From: Octopus vulgaris
Taxonomy: Eukaryota
Direction of reading: 5' to 3'
Assembly: GCA_951406725.2 (NCBI GenBank)
Contig: OX597825.1
Location: 61,070,001 to 61,134,000 of the forward strand
Length of the DNA stretch: 64,000 nt
Made by a program: the position numbers and the translations under genes. Numbering within the stretch: position 1 is the stretch's first letter; each line of letters starts with the position of its first letter. The notes below the pieces were generated by a model. It was given only the letters and a program-made list of their open reading frames with translations. It was not told the DNA's origin and searched no databases. Below, piece after piece: positions 1-13,070 of this stretch.

Positions 1-1661
1 ATCTGTTTTAATAAATGGTATGTACATATCCTCACTTGTACTACATATAGTTTTTTTTTTTTCCATTTCAATATTGGTTTTAAGGTGACTTTTTAAATTT
101 TTTTAAGCTTTTAAATGTTTTCTGTGACCAATGAACAGTCAGATAAATTGATTAAAGTTGAGGCTTATTTTTTCCATTAAGTTCTTGAACGAAATGATGT
201 AAAGTCAAAAGAGACATAACTTTAAATGGCTCAAGTTGCAGTAAGCCTGTATATAGTGAGGGAAAATGCAGTGCAAAAGAAAATTTACAGTATTTTTCAG
301 CTTGAAGTTAGTCTTGAGCTAGTAGAGATATCAGCCTCAGATTAGCCCTGATCCAATAGATATGTGAACCTCATTTCAGTTCTGTACAGTTGACAGATAG
401 GCCTCAGGTTTGTCCTGATTCAGTAGACATAGTTTGAAAGACGTTCTGGTCATGGCTCTCCCATTTTACTTTCAAACATAGTACCACCGGCTATAATGTC
501 CAATGTATACGTGGTTTTAGATAGTAGAGTGTAATTTAAGGAATATTTGGCTGCTATTACTAGCCAGATCTAGTGACCAAACAACAAGTCAGTCATTGAT
601 TCATAAAAGTGATATAAAAGATGATTGTCAATAACAGTCTCTCTATCACTTCTGATAATCTAAAGATGAAAGATATAGAGCAATATTTAACAATAGAGGA
701 CAAAGAATGATATGAAGTAATATACAATTGTCTCCTCTTATCATTCCAAGTAGATACATGTATTCAAAATATTTCAAGGCACTTCAGTGGGCCCAAAGGC
801 AGCACATATACTCAGATAATATACTGGTGGGGACTGAAATTGGATCTACTAATAATTTGGTTCTGTGTCAATGTAAGACGAAAGTTCACAAGAGATTGAA
901 TGTAGAGAGTAAATAGTTGGTGTTATTAAAACTTGTTATTGCAATAAACATTCTTTTCATAGATTTATTTCAATCAGTTATGATGAAATTTCAAAAGACT
1001 CTGTGAACAGCATCAAAGAAGAGATATTTATAAAAGTAAGAACCAATCCCAAGGCTGATGTGAATATGCCAATATGTTTGGCATAGCTGTAAAAATAAAG
1101 AATAGATGCACATCAGAGTAAGGAATATAATTGTTCTGTTTCCAAATATTCTAGATTCTACTGTGATGTATAGGATCCAAAAGAATAGCAATATCACTTA
1201 ATTTACTATTTTTCTAGAATATAGATTGCTTATGAAGGCACAATTGACTGAGCTGATATGGAAAAGTATGGTCGAGTATCAAATAAGCAACTGGAAAGTT
1301 AACAGAATCAGTGGTGCTATATTAGTATATATTACATTCTCTGATATAAACTAACTGCACTGTAGTACACTGGTGTATCAGAAAAGATATCTAAACATAC
1401 TGCAGAATATTACTAAGCTTTAGAAAATTCCTACCAATGCTTGACCAACTTGGAAAATATAGTTTTCATAGTTTTGGCATACACAAATATGATTAATAAA
1501 ACTAAAGCAATAAGTTTGCTGTTTTTCAATGAATTTGAAATTTAATTACTTACGTTGATAAAACTTTCCATAGGAGGTTGTCAGTAATATTTTTGTGCTA
1601 TGAAGTCAAATAACCTTTAGAATTGTTGGTATATATATATGTGTGTGTGTGTGTGTGTATA

Positions 1662-2535
1662 CTAGCTGGTGTACCCAGTAATTCCCTGGGGTAAAGAAGT
1701 TCTATTGAAACGCCTTATTACTCTGATATAAGAAAGCAATTTCGCTATAACTGCCAGAAAAGGTGTATTTTGTGTCACGAAAATGTACAAAAACTGTCAG
1801 CTGGAAGAGGGAGGTTTTGTTGGAGGTTGTCAAGAGAGGTTTTTGGAGGTTGGCATGAGAGGTTGTCGGAGGTTGTCTAGAAAGGTTTTTGGAGGATGGC
1901 AAGAGAAGTTGTGAGAGAGGTTGTCAGAGGTTGGTGAAAGAGGTTGTCATGGGTTGGCAAGAGAGGTTGTCTGAGGGAGAGGCATCTTTGTTCTAAAATT
2001 TCAGTCTTGCAGGGCTTTGTGATACACAATGTTTTTGGTTTTGCTATTGGGTGCATAGAGGAATAAATTTTCCGGATTTCCAACTTTAGACCATCCAACA
2101 TAGAGCTGTCTCTGAGAAAAAGCAGGTCCTGCAAGATTAAGGCCTACCACTTCCAATGTCTGACCCTGTGCTTTGTTGATGCTCATTGCAAAACTTAATC
2201 TCAGTGGGAATTGTAACCTTTTGAAATCAATTTGTGTGTCGGAAGGAATCAGAGGAATCTTTGGAATGAAAACATCTTCACCACTTGCTTTCCCAGTCAG
2301 TATTGTTGCCTACAACACTGTTTGCATCAATGTTTTCATAATAATGAAGTATTGTGCCATTGCATAATTTTGGAGGATTGAGGTTTCTTAAAAGCATAAC
2401 TGGGGCTCCAACCTTTAGATGCAATTCAAGCAGTGGTAGACCTGAAGGTGCAAAGCTATTGAGGAATTAAACAGGGTAATGAACAGCATCATTGGTGTGG
2501 AGCACAGTATCAATTGACTTGTTTGTTCGACGTCA
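1662..2535 (-). mobile_element. Helitron remnant: 3' part of the Rep/Helicase (PIF1-like helicase C-terminus) plus intact 3' terminus
   Basis: Minus strand reads [117 protein letters not shown], typical Helitron helicase motifs with stops. It ends in a hairpin (CCCAG..CTGGG, about 1674-1690) then CTAG|T at 1662. Short GAGAGGTTGT-type subterminal repeats lie at about 1810-1980. Confidence 0.93.
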
Positions 2536-3719
2536 GAGTTATGGGCATCCATAGTGTAATGAAATTTAATTCAAAACCCTGCATGCATTGGCAGCAGTTA
2601 GTTATTTGTAGATGTTGAAAAAATGTCTATTAATGCAATGTGTAAATTAATTACAGCAATATGTATACAAATGTTTAGATATTAAATAAGAATAGACGAA
2701 GAATAATTGTTTTATTTTGTAAATATGAAACATAATGAATCAGAAATTTACTTGAGATCTCCGTTGTCACATAAGAGCAGCTTGTGAACTATACCCAGTC
2801 ATCTAATTCATTGTGGCATTTTAAAGGTGAACTTTATGAAGGGGCTAATTGAAGGTAATATATGAATGTAGTATACATGTATAGATATATATGAATGAAA
2901 TGATAGAAGAAAGAACAATAATAACGTTCACACTCACTGGTGGTTGCTGTCAGTAACTGCATTTAGCTTACAGAATTCTTTTTATAACAATTGAAAAGCA
3001 GCCAGAAGAATAGACATATTGTTGAGAACAAATGATTTCGTTGGAGGTCTGTTATCTCCATTCCCGCCCCTGGTGGCCTAAAAGAGGTTAGAAGGGTCAA
3101 GTGGCAAATACATTATTCTGCTTAGCAGAGGCATCTGGGAAATGTATAACTGTTGTCATTCATAGAAAAACTATTGTTTTACCATGAGAAAAGTGCTGTT
3201 GAAGTGAAATTTGGCAATTGAGAATTGAATCTACGCTATTCCTGCATGAAGCCACTACAAATACGTGGTAGAAAAAAAGTTATCTACTGTCATAGAGAAA
3301 GTGTAACTGTAAAAGTGCAGAATTATTGGAGTAATGGGCATTCACAAAAAGTATGTATGTATAGAAATGTATGAATGAAGAGATTCAAATTAAGGAAGTG
3401 CAATAATAATGTTTAGCAGTACAAAACTGTGAGTAGTGAAAAGCAGAATTAGGTCGGCTGATCGTTGGTTCAAAGTGTTTTTTAAAATATTCTGTAGGTG
3501 GTATGACTTATTTCCCTTAGGTGTTTAAAAAATAGTTATATAAGGAAGATATAAAGGTCCCTTCCAGGGGCCGTATTATCGATTTTTTCCAATAATCTAA
3601 GTATGTCATGAGAGAAGTGATCTTCATAAGGCCGTGTGCTGAGTGACATTGCTGTGTTTACTTCACAAGTTTTGAAATTGTATTTTTGTGATCACATGTA
3701 TGCTTTATTCTGTGGTTTT

Positions 3720-4435
3720 ATTACAGATATGAGCAAAGAATCAACGTGAACTTTTGCACTAAACTTGGGATGTCTGCTACAGAGACATTGAGCATGCTCT
3801 GCCAAGTTTACAGTGATGCAGCAATGAGTTATAAGCAGTAATTCGTGAGGCACAGGTGCTTTGAAAGCAGAAAAACGTCCCTGGAAGACGATGAGCAATA
3901 TGGAAGACCGGCCATGGGCGTCACTCCTGGAAATGTGGTATTTTACATCAAGAATTTGTCCCCATTGCCAGATCGTCATGCATGAGTTCTACTGCAATGT
4001 TTTGAAGAGGGAGGACATTCAATGAAAGCAACTGGGTCTGTGGAGTGCAAAGAATTGGATTTTTCCCAATGACAAGGCACCCTGTCACCGAACTCTCCTC
4101 ACTAATGTGTTTATCACCAAAAACAACATGGTATCACTTCCATACTCACTCTCTTCATCAGATTTCGCACCTGCAGACTTCCATCTCTTCCCAAGATGAA
4201 AATGTAGTTCAAAGGATCCAACTTAATACTGTTGTTGAGATTCAGGGTTAATCGCAGAAAGTCTGCAATTCGCTTACGGAAAATAACTTCCAGGCTGGAC
4301 TCCAAAATTGGAAGGAACGCTGGGACTCGTGTACTGCTGTGCAAGGTAACGATTTCGAAGGCGATGACATTAGAATTTAGGTGAATAAGTTACTTTTATT
4401 AAACAAAAATAGTCTGAGAACTTTTTGATATCAGC
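3720..4435 (+). mobile_element. Degenerate Tc1/mariner transposase remnant
   Basis: N-terminus YEQRINVNFCTKLGMSATETLSMLCQVYSDAAM. Catalytic region NDKAPCHRT..LPYSLSSSDFAPADFHLFPR is a degenerate HDNAPxH / YSPDLAPxD. Frameshifts, stops and an internal deletion are present. Boundaries are approximate. Confidence 0.85.
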
Positions 4436-5603
4436 TGCGACCATTTCAGCTGTTTTTGTTCCTATGTGGTGCATCTAAGACTGTGAAGGTGCAGAGTTTT
4501 GTAGTTAAATTGTTGGAATCATGATGATAAATGCCATGAGGTCAATTCTAGCCAGAATGAGGCACTCTATCCTTGGGCAAGACAATCTATTCTTATTCAT
4601 TGCTCTAGACCTTTCATACATATAACTGTTTCTGTATACATGTATACAGACATACACACATTGCCTACCTACATGCATACTTACATGTATGTATTGATGA
4701 TCCTGGCAATGAACTCATTAGCACCCAAGGAAGTATTTGGCTAACAGAGTACTCTAGAGAAAAACTGGTAATATTTGTTATCTATAAGCTAGTCAAAAGA
4801 TAGATCAAACAATGCAATATTAACTTGTTAAAAGGTATTTAATACTTTGTACATCCTGTGTATGTAACTACAAGTGCTACACATTTGATGCAATGTAAAA
4901 TGTAATTTAAAAAATGAAAATAAAATGGTGATGTCATTCAAATTATACAACACGCATTTTCATACAGTGTTATTTACTTGCTTATTAATAATGTTACATT
5001 GCACGATTATATAACCAGACCATTTCAGCATGCATTTTGAACGGTTGGCAAGTAAAATTGACCTTCAAATGTTGCAATTTGAATCCTAAAAATAAATATT
5101 TAGAAAAAGTTGTACATAAGCATACCAACTGAGGATGTGAGTTACTTAAAATACAACCAATAATCTAACATTTTAGCAGTAATAATGATGTTCATAAATG
5201 AAGAAGTGAATTGATAGTTTTATTCCAGCACTTGTCCAATAATTGCTTTATTGGCCAGGAATTTTATTAATGACATATATTGCAATAAATTATTCAGCTG
5301 TCATCTCAATAGTAATTAAATGCAAGCAAGGAGCACTGGATAGCATCATGGTGTCACCACAAACTAGAAGGCAAGTTTAATAACAATAACAATAAAAATA
5401 AAACGATATTACATTCACAAGTAAAGAGATGTCAGTAACATCAAAGTAAGCTCCAGATAAACCATGAAACTGAAGATAAGTGGTATACATTAGATATATG
5501 CATGCACATAAACTGCAACACATGCATAAATGCACATGTACATACTCATACAGATATATGCACATATAAATGTACAACACACACATGCCCATAGATAATA
5601 TAC

Positions 5604-5724
<121 letters not shown>

Positions 5725-5726
5725 AC

Positions 5727-6005
5727 TGGCACTCTGCTGGTTATATCAATGCATGTTTCCAGTTAATCCAATCCGATCAATGGAACAGCCTGGTTGTAAA
5801 ATTAATGCACAAGTGGCTGAGAACTCCACAGGCATGTATACTCTAAAGGCTGTTCCCGGAGAGAATCAGTCTGGCTGGCTCTTAACATTACAAGTACAGC
5901 TCATTTTTGGTAGCTGAAAGGACTGAAGCAACATGATATAAAGTGTCTTGCTCAAGGATACAATATGCTAATGCCAAATTGAATTCATATCCCTACAATC
6001 ATGAG
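5727..6005 (-). mobile_element. tRNA-derived SINE (family D), degenerate
   Basis: Reverse complement resembles the SINE at 41777-42090 and 53255-53575 (CTTGAGCAAGACACTTTAT core; GGAACAGCC..AATTAA..AAGTGGCTGAG block). Confidence 0.7.
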
Positions 6006-6039
6006 TCAATTGCCCAAAATACTAAGCCATACACTTTTA

Positions 6040-6085
<46 letters not shown>

Positions 6086-6519
6086 TTATATATATATAAA
6101 TTACAGAGAATACAAAGACTGATACATCTTCGTCTCTTTTCTTTTTACTGTTAATTTTACAGCATAATTTGTTTATACGAAATATATGTCTTTCTGATGC
6201 ATACAGAATATGCCTCAAAAACATAAGTCTGTAGTATAAATCAATCATGCTGTATAATGAACTGCAAAAATGAAAATGAAAATAAAGACTCCATATTCGT
6301 TGTAAATGTTTAGGATATACACTCCTGTAAATATTCTTGATCCAGTGAAGCAAAACTTGGATTATCCATCAGAAGAATTACAGGGTAATTGTTTACCCTA
6401 AGTAATCATAGGTGTGTCTTACTTCTTGATGAGGTTAGGCTGAACCTCGACTATACCTGAGTGCATGTGCAGTGCCCTCCTGGAAAATTTATCTCTATAT
6501 ACTCGTTATGTGAATGTAT

Positions 6520-6628
6520 GTGGCCTAGTGGTTAGCCTGTTGCATACATGATCATTAGATCGCGGGTTTGATTCCCAGGCTGGGTGACTCATTGTGTTCT
6601 TGAGCAAAACACTCCATTTCACATTGCT
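6520..6628 (+). mobile_element. tRNA-derived SINE (family D) head, truncated by the following Penelope-like element
   Basis: TGTGGCCTAGTGGTTAG (A box) .. GGGTTTGATTCCC (B box) .. TGTGTTCTTGAGCAAAACACT. Confidence 0.8.
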
Positions 6629-6629
6629 C

Positions 6630-8765
6630 ACCTCTTCCGTTATTGCCTTTATCAAAAAGTGGTTTAAAGTTAGATTTCTTGGCCTTTTTATGTATAAAAA
6701 ATTGTGGGGTTTGCTAAGCATGGGAGAAGAAAGAGGAAACAAGTTGTATGAGGAGAGAAACATAGAAGATGTACAGATGAACGTTTCAAAACAGACTTCC
6801 TTACCAAAGCTACTCATCTAGTACTAGAAGAAAACACCATCAGATTTGATAATAAAATATACCGACAGATAAAGAAGTGAATTGATAGTTTTATTCCAGC
6901 ACTTGTCCAATAATTGCTTTATTGGCCAGGAATTTTATTAATGACATATATTGCAATAAATTATAGGTACAAACTTTGCACCCTTGTATGCCAACCTAGT
7001 TATGGTTACCTATAAGGTAGACTTTACGAGGGAGTAGGAAAAATCTTTGATCATAACTTCAAGGAAAACATCGCAAAAAGTGAAAGTCCTACCTTGATGG
7101 TCGCTTCATTTTTGGGGATAGACCAAAAGAAGACCTACGAACATTTCACAACATTGCCCACATCTATTAAATTCACAACAGAAACCAGCTACAATGAACG
7201 ACCATTCCTAGACATTCACATCAAAATACACAACTCCACTGTCACAGCAGACACATTTTACAAAAGAAAAAAAAATGGAGACACACCAATATTTAAATAG
7301 CTACTCCTGCCACCCCTCACTCATCAACAGGAACATCCCATACAGTATGGCAAGGCACATCTGCACCATAATAACTGACCCACAAACAGGTCGAATTAGA
7401 CTTGATGAACTCAAAATCTTCTTACAAAAACAAAATTACCCCATGAAGCTAATAAATAGAATCTCAAAAGCAATAAAATTAGACATCACACAATTAAGGA
7501 CTCCAAAAGAAAAAAAGCAAGAAATATATCATGCCATTTATTAACACATACAACCCTGGAATAACCAATATTTTCTACGTTATACAACCAAACCTACCAA
7601 TACTCTTACAGAGCCCTCAAATGAGAAAACTGATAGACAAAAGCTACCTACGAAATAGTAAACGTCAGGAAAAAACCTTAAAAAGCAAAACATCAGAGAA
7701 TGAAACAGAATTCTCCGATTCTCCGTAAAGGAATATGAAGACAGCAGGTGTGGCATATGCAGCAACAACAATAACTACAAATATATATACGAGGACACCT
7801 ACATAAAATTTAAGAGTGGATTCTTATTCAAAGTAAATGCACATATGAACAGCAAGACACAAAACTTTATATACTACATTACTTGCCCCAAATGCAAGGA
7901 GAATTATATTAGCAAAACCAATAATTCCCTTTGCCAACGTGTAAGAATCCACAGACAGCAAATCCGACAAGAGGAGCTACAGAAAATTCCACTGAGCAAA
8001 CATTTGGAAATATGTGGAGAAGGAAACTTCAAGATCTTCCCCTTCTACAAATGCTCAAGGAATGACTCAAAATAACAAAAAAAAAAAAATAATAATAATG
8101 CGAAAACCAATGAAGCATAGAGAAGTTCTCACCAAAATTAAACAGCTGAAAAAAAGGTAACATTTGGAAATATGGGGAGAAGGAAAATTCAAAATTCCAA
8201 AATATAACGGAACTATACTTCACAAAAAGTCAATAAAAATTAATATAGCTATGTATTTTTTTAAATTCCACCTATGAGAAATCTATATGAATTTGATAGT
8301 ATATATGTTAAAGATGATCTCAAACCATTGCTAAAACCTTTTTGCCACATTGTTGCTGGACCTTACAAAACACTCCAGATTCTGAAATTCTATAAGAACA
8401 GCTGTGCTTCCTCTTCTGTACTTGTCTTGCTTTCTCCTTTAGAAAATTGGAGGTTGTAGCTTTAAAATATATTCAAAACAAAACAGCCAGCCAGAAATAG
8501 TTGAATTTGGAAATATAATTGAGACAACATTGTGTATTGCTTTTTTTTAAATTCCATTTTGCAATCTGAAGGGCAAATACTCAGACAAAAATCAAGTGTA
8601 GTGGCTAAAATAACCAAAACTTCCCAAGTTTATTTAGCCGCAGAGGTGAATTTTTTATTAACTGTTTTTTTTAAAATCATAGTGTGTTCTTAAGTATGCA
8701 TGGTGTGTGTATGTGTACATAAATCTGAACATGTACATATATAGATGTCTTTGAATGCGTGTGTT

Positions 8766-8815
<50 letters not shown>

Positions 8816-9548
8816 TTGTGTGAGTGTATAATGTACTCAAAAATCACTCTTTCCAAAAAAAAAAACTAAATCGAAAACATCAAGAATTTTAATCAAAACA
8901 GTTGACCACATCCATTTAACCATTCTTTAATGAATATAAATGAATAAAAAAACAAGACTTGGAAATGCAATTATACATTTACTGATGAAAGTTAAAAACA
9001 TCTGATTTTTCATTTAAAAACCTTGACTACTACAGAGATTCGTTTCCTTCTTCACCCAAATTACCACCAAGTATTGAACCCTAATTAAACAAATTTGACC
9101 ACAGTAGTACAAAAACCTTCTCCAAATTAGTAAAAACAAAAGAATAAAGAAAGAAGACATGGAAATGCAATTATAATTTTTACTAAAGAAAGTCAAAAAA
9201 CAGCATCTGGTTTTCCAATTAAAAACCTTGACAAATTCAAATGCAGAATTATTTTCCTTTCCCACCCAAAAATATCACTAAGTATTAAACAAACATGTCT
9301 GACCATACCAATACAAGAGCCATGCCTCTTTACCCCCCACCCTCCTTCTCAACATTTTCCTTATTTCTTTTTTCTTTCTTCTCCCTTTCTTGGGAAACCC
9401 CACATTTTTTTATACATAAAAAGGCCAAGACATCTAACGTTAAACCACTCTTTGATAAATCCGATAATGTAATGGAGCACTAAAAGTATAAATAAAATGT
9501 AAATAAAAATACATATAATCATCCAATATTCTGACTCCCTTATTATTC
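6630..9548 (+). mobile_element. Penelope-like retroelement, 5'-truncated and degenerate: RT C-terminal half, GIY-YIG endonuclease and pseudo-LTR, with an inverted pLTR piece at its 5' end
   Basis: RT: LVLEENTIRFDNKIYRQIK/IGTNFAPLYANLVM, IKFTTETSYNERPFLDIHI, THQYLNSYSCHP..NIPYSMARHICTI. Linker RCGIC. GIY-YIG: NFIYYITCPKCKENYISKTNNSLCQRVRIHRQQI..LSKHL. Segment 6640-6730 is the reverse complement of 9380-9468. The 3' boundary is inferred. Confidence 0.88.
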
Positions 9549-9552
9549 TAAA

Positions 9553-9930
9553 CTAGCAGTATCGCCCGGCGTTGCTCGGGTTTGTAAGGGAAATTATACA
9601 GCATTTTTAGAGAGTTATAGCAAAAAAATGCATTAAAAATGAAAAAAATATGATGGTAAATTTTTTTTTAAATCGTTGACTCATCGTAGACATTTTTAGA
9701 GAGTTACTTCCCTTTAAACAAATATGCATGAAAATGGAAAAAATGATGGTAAATTATTTTTTAAATCGTAGACTCATCGTAGACGCGCGCTAATACCCAG
9801 AAGGGCTCGATATGAATCACGACTAAAGATACCCGGTTTTGGTTAAACTGCACCGCAAAATGTGGGAGTAGTTAGGAATCTAAATCGAAGGGGACAGACA
9901 CTCACACAACTACAGTTTTATATATAAAGA
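9553..9930 (-). mobile_element. Non-autonomous Helitron (family H1)
   Basis: On the minus strand it begins A|TCTTTATATATA and ends CCCGAGCAACGCCGGG hairpin ..CTAG|T, inserted between A and T with no TSD. Closely similar to 12675-13070. Confidence 0.92.
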
Positions 9931-10002
9931 TATACAATATCTGTATATCACTTCAAAAAGTCTCACTCTCCCCCCCCCTCTCTCTCTCCATATACATATA
10001 TA

Positions 10003-10297
10003 TGATAATAATAATATGAGGGAATATTATTCCAAACTTACAGGGGAAAATTCAATTTAGAAATACTAAATCAATTTTCACAAAATATAATATATATATA
10101 TAAATTAGAAACTTTCTTTAGTAAAAATTATAATTGCATTTCCATGCCTTGTTTCTTTATTCTTTTGTTTTCATTAATTTGGGGAAGGTTTTTGTACTAC
10201 TGTGGTCAAATTTGTTTAATTAGGGTTCAATACTTGGTGGTAATTTGGGTGCGGAAGAAAAGGAATCTTTGTAGTAGTCAAGGTTTTTAAATGGAAA
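10003..10297 (-). mobile_element. Inverted fragment of the Penelope-like 3' region (pLTR-like)
   Basis: 10112-10295 is the reverse complement of about 9010-9192. The terminal GATAATAATAATATGAGGGA..TAAATTAGA motif recurs at about 59937-59990. Confidence 0.7.
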
Positions 10298-10312
10298 AAA
10301 AAATATATATAC

Positions 10313-10385
<73 letters not shown>

Positions 10386-10674
10386 CTTGATTAATTTAAT
10401 CAGGTTAGTTTACCATTAATCAGCAGATGAAACGGTATATCGTATAAGAAATTACAGGGTAAATGTTTTTTAAATTTTCTCCTGGTTTACGGAATTAATT
10501 TTTATTTGCGGTTGAAGCTTTGGCTGTTATTTCTAGTGGGTGAATGGCCTATTATGGCCGTTCCTTGATTGTTGATGTTGAACTTTAAAAATGGTCTATG
10601 ACTATTTAATTTTTTCCCACTAGGCCGCTGGTGGCAAAAGAATTCTACAAAATTTTTTTTGCCACCCTATATTG

Positions 10675-10740
<66 letters not shown>

Positions 10741-11022
10741 TAGATGCACACATTTATATGTGTTTGTACACGTGCGCATACAATCACATTGGTCATGAGT
10801 ACAGATATGTATCAGTTGAAATAATATAGATGTTGACTGGAAAAACTTCTCTACAAATATATTGGTGTCTCAGGAAGTGAATTTGACTTCTTCGAATGTA
10901 ACAGCATCTAAATTTTAAACAACTGCATCATCTTTCACTATTTACATTCTTTAATAATGACGTAGATATGCAGAAATACTTCTATGAGTCTATACTTCAA
11001 TGTAATTCTCCAATGTGATGTG

Positions 11023-11079
<57 letters not shown>

Positions 11080-11245
11080 CCCACACACACACATATATAT
11101 GCATGTATATAGTTGAGGTGTGTTCTGTTAAGAACATATGAGAGTACAAAATAGAGCTCGTTCACCCTTAGAATTCCCAAGTAGCTGGTAGTATTCTTAT
11201 GGTATGCTACCAATTCTAGTCTTAGGTATTCCTCGTGTATGGAAA

Positions 11246-11364
11246 TAAAAAGTAAAAAGTAAAAGTGTCAAAAAGAAGAGTAAGTATCGAAACATTTGTA
11301 GTGATTAAAAAGCTGCCTAACCGTACTTACTCTTCCTTTTGGCTCTTTTACTTTTTACTTTTTA
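11246..11364. repeat. Foldback element, about 41-nt inverted arms with a 37-nt spacer
   Basis: TAAAAAGTAAAAAGTAAAAGTGTCAAAAAGAAGAGTAAGTA versus TACTTACTCTTCCTTTTGGCTCTTTTACTTTTTACTTTTTA. Confidence 0.85.
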
Positions 11365-11375
11365 ACTTTTTATGC

Positions 11376-11429
<54 letters not shown>

Positions 11430-11430
11430 A

Positions 11431-11796
11431 CGAGCAAGACGTCCCCCGTCCAATGGAAGGAGCTGAGTTGTCAAATATTTATACTACATTTTCTCTAAAC
11501 AACATGTCTGATCGTCCCATAGGCCTCCTCTTTGAGAAACACTGATTTAACCTAAATATGAGACACCAGCAAAAGAAGAAATAAAGATAGACTTTTTTCC
11601 TATTCCAAACAAAAACGATTTCCCACGGCTTTATCGATTGCATTCTCACCTGGAATCGATTTTTGTAATTTTTTCAAGACTTATACACGCCCTGATACCG
11701 TCGGTATCTACATATCAAATTTGAGCGCAATCAGATGGAGGATACCCGAAATCCGAGAAGACACACACATACAGAGAACGGATTTTATATAAGAGA
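11431..11796 (-). mobile_element. Non-autonomous Helitron-like element (family H2)
   Basis: Minus strand starts A|TCTCTTATATAAAA and ends with an imperfect hairpin (CCTTCCATTGGACGG) followed by CTCG|T, a CTAG variant. Confidence 0.7.
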
Positions 11797-11839
11797 TACA
11801 CACACACTTACACACACATACACACACATATATATATGC

Positions 11840-11899
<60 letters not shown>

Positions 11900-11902
11900 T
11901 AC

Positions 11903-11975
<73 letters not shown>

Positions 11976-12674
11976 TGTATACTTGTGTGTATGTAATGCC
12001 TTTGTATGCAATAACCTGTGTTAGTAAAGCAGAAACCTGAAGGCAAAGTTAACGAAAACCCACGTACAGGTGTTACATACTACAGAATTAGTTGTATATA
12101 CTTACATGACTGTTGGAGTATAGAATAAAACAAAATGAAAGAAAGTGAATATAAACTTATCACAGATCGATAGAATAGAAATATGGAAAAGATTTTATTT
12201 TTGCTATGCATGGGACCAATATTTAATTAATGGAATATGTGGAAGATATATCATGTTAGTTAAATGAATAAACAAATGTTTACCTACTCTGGCATTCATT
12301 CTGTTAAATCATAGTATCACTAAAGTCTAGAAGCTTCTTTATAAAGATTAGTTATTATATTTTTAATGTTTTGCTAATATCATCTCAAGTTCTTAATGCT
12401 TTCGTTTTTTCTTTAGCCTCCAAATGTCTGTAATCTATGAGATATTGACATAACTTTTAACTTTCTATCTAACCAATTAAAACTATGTTGTTCTATGTAA
12501 AAAAAAATAAACAAATATTTCTTCTTAGCTGAATTGCAGTAAATTCTGTAGAACAAGAAATTTCGTCTGTGGAATGCTAATGCTGCCATTAGAGTTTCAA
12601 TTTCCAGTTAAAGACATTTTTGCCTTTTTACAATATTGCTTTATTACAACCACCACACAACACTGCCTTAGTAA

Positions 12675-13070
12675 CTAGCAGTATCGCCCGGCGTTGCTCG
12701 GGTTTGTAAGGGAAATAACTATATAAGCATTTTTAGAGATGTAAAGTATAATAGCCATCTCAATATGGCTAACTACAAAAGGGGGTGTTACTGTAGCTTT
12801 TTACGTTCTAAGATTTAATAATACATTTTTACAGAGTTACTTCCCTTATATAAACCGAGCGAAAATGCATTAAAAAAGCGGAAAAGTTATGGTAAATTTT
12901 TTTTTAAATCGTAGACTCATCGTAGACGCGCGCTAATACCCAGAAGGGCTCGATATGAATCACGACTATAAGATACCCGCTTTTGGTTACACTGCACCGC
13001 AAAATGTGGGAGGAGTTAGGAATCTAAATCGTAGGAGACAGACACACAACTTCACTTTTATATATAAAGA
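12675..13070 (-). mobile_element. Non-autonomous Helitron (family H1), second copy
   Basis: Same TC..hairpin-CTAG termini and internal blocks (GACTCATCGTAGACGCGCGCTAATACCCAGAAGGGCTCG) as 9553-9930. Confidence 0.92.

Noticed and set aside
8982-9000. CTGATGA within the Penelope 3' region
   Set aside because: No stem II/GAAA arrangement, and the duplicated copies (about 9183 and 10115) read CTAAAGA.
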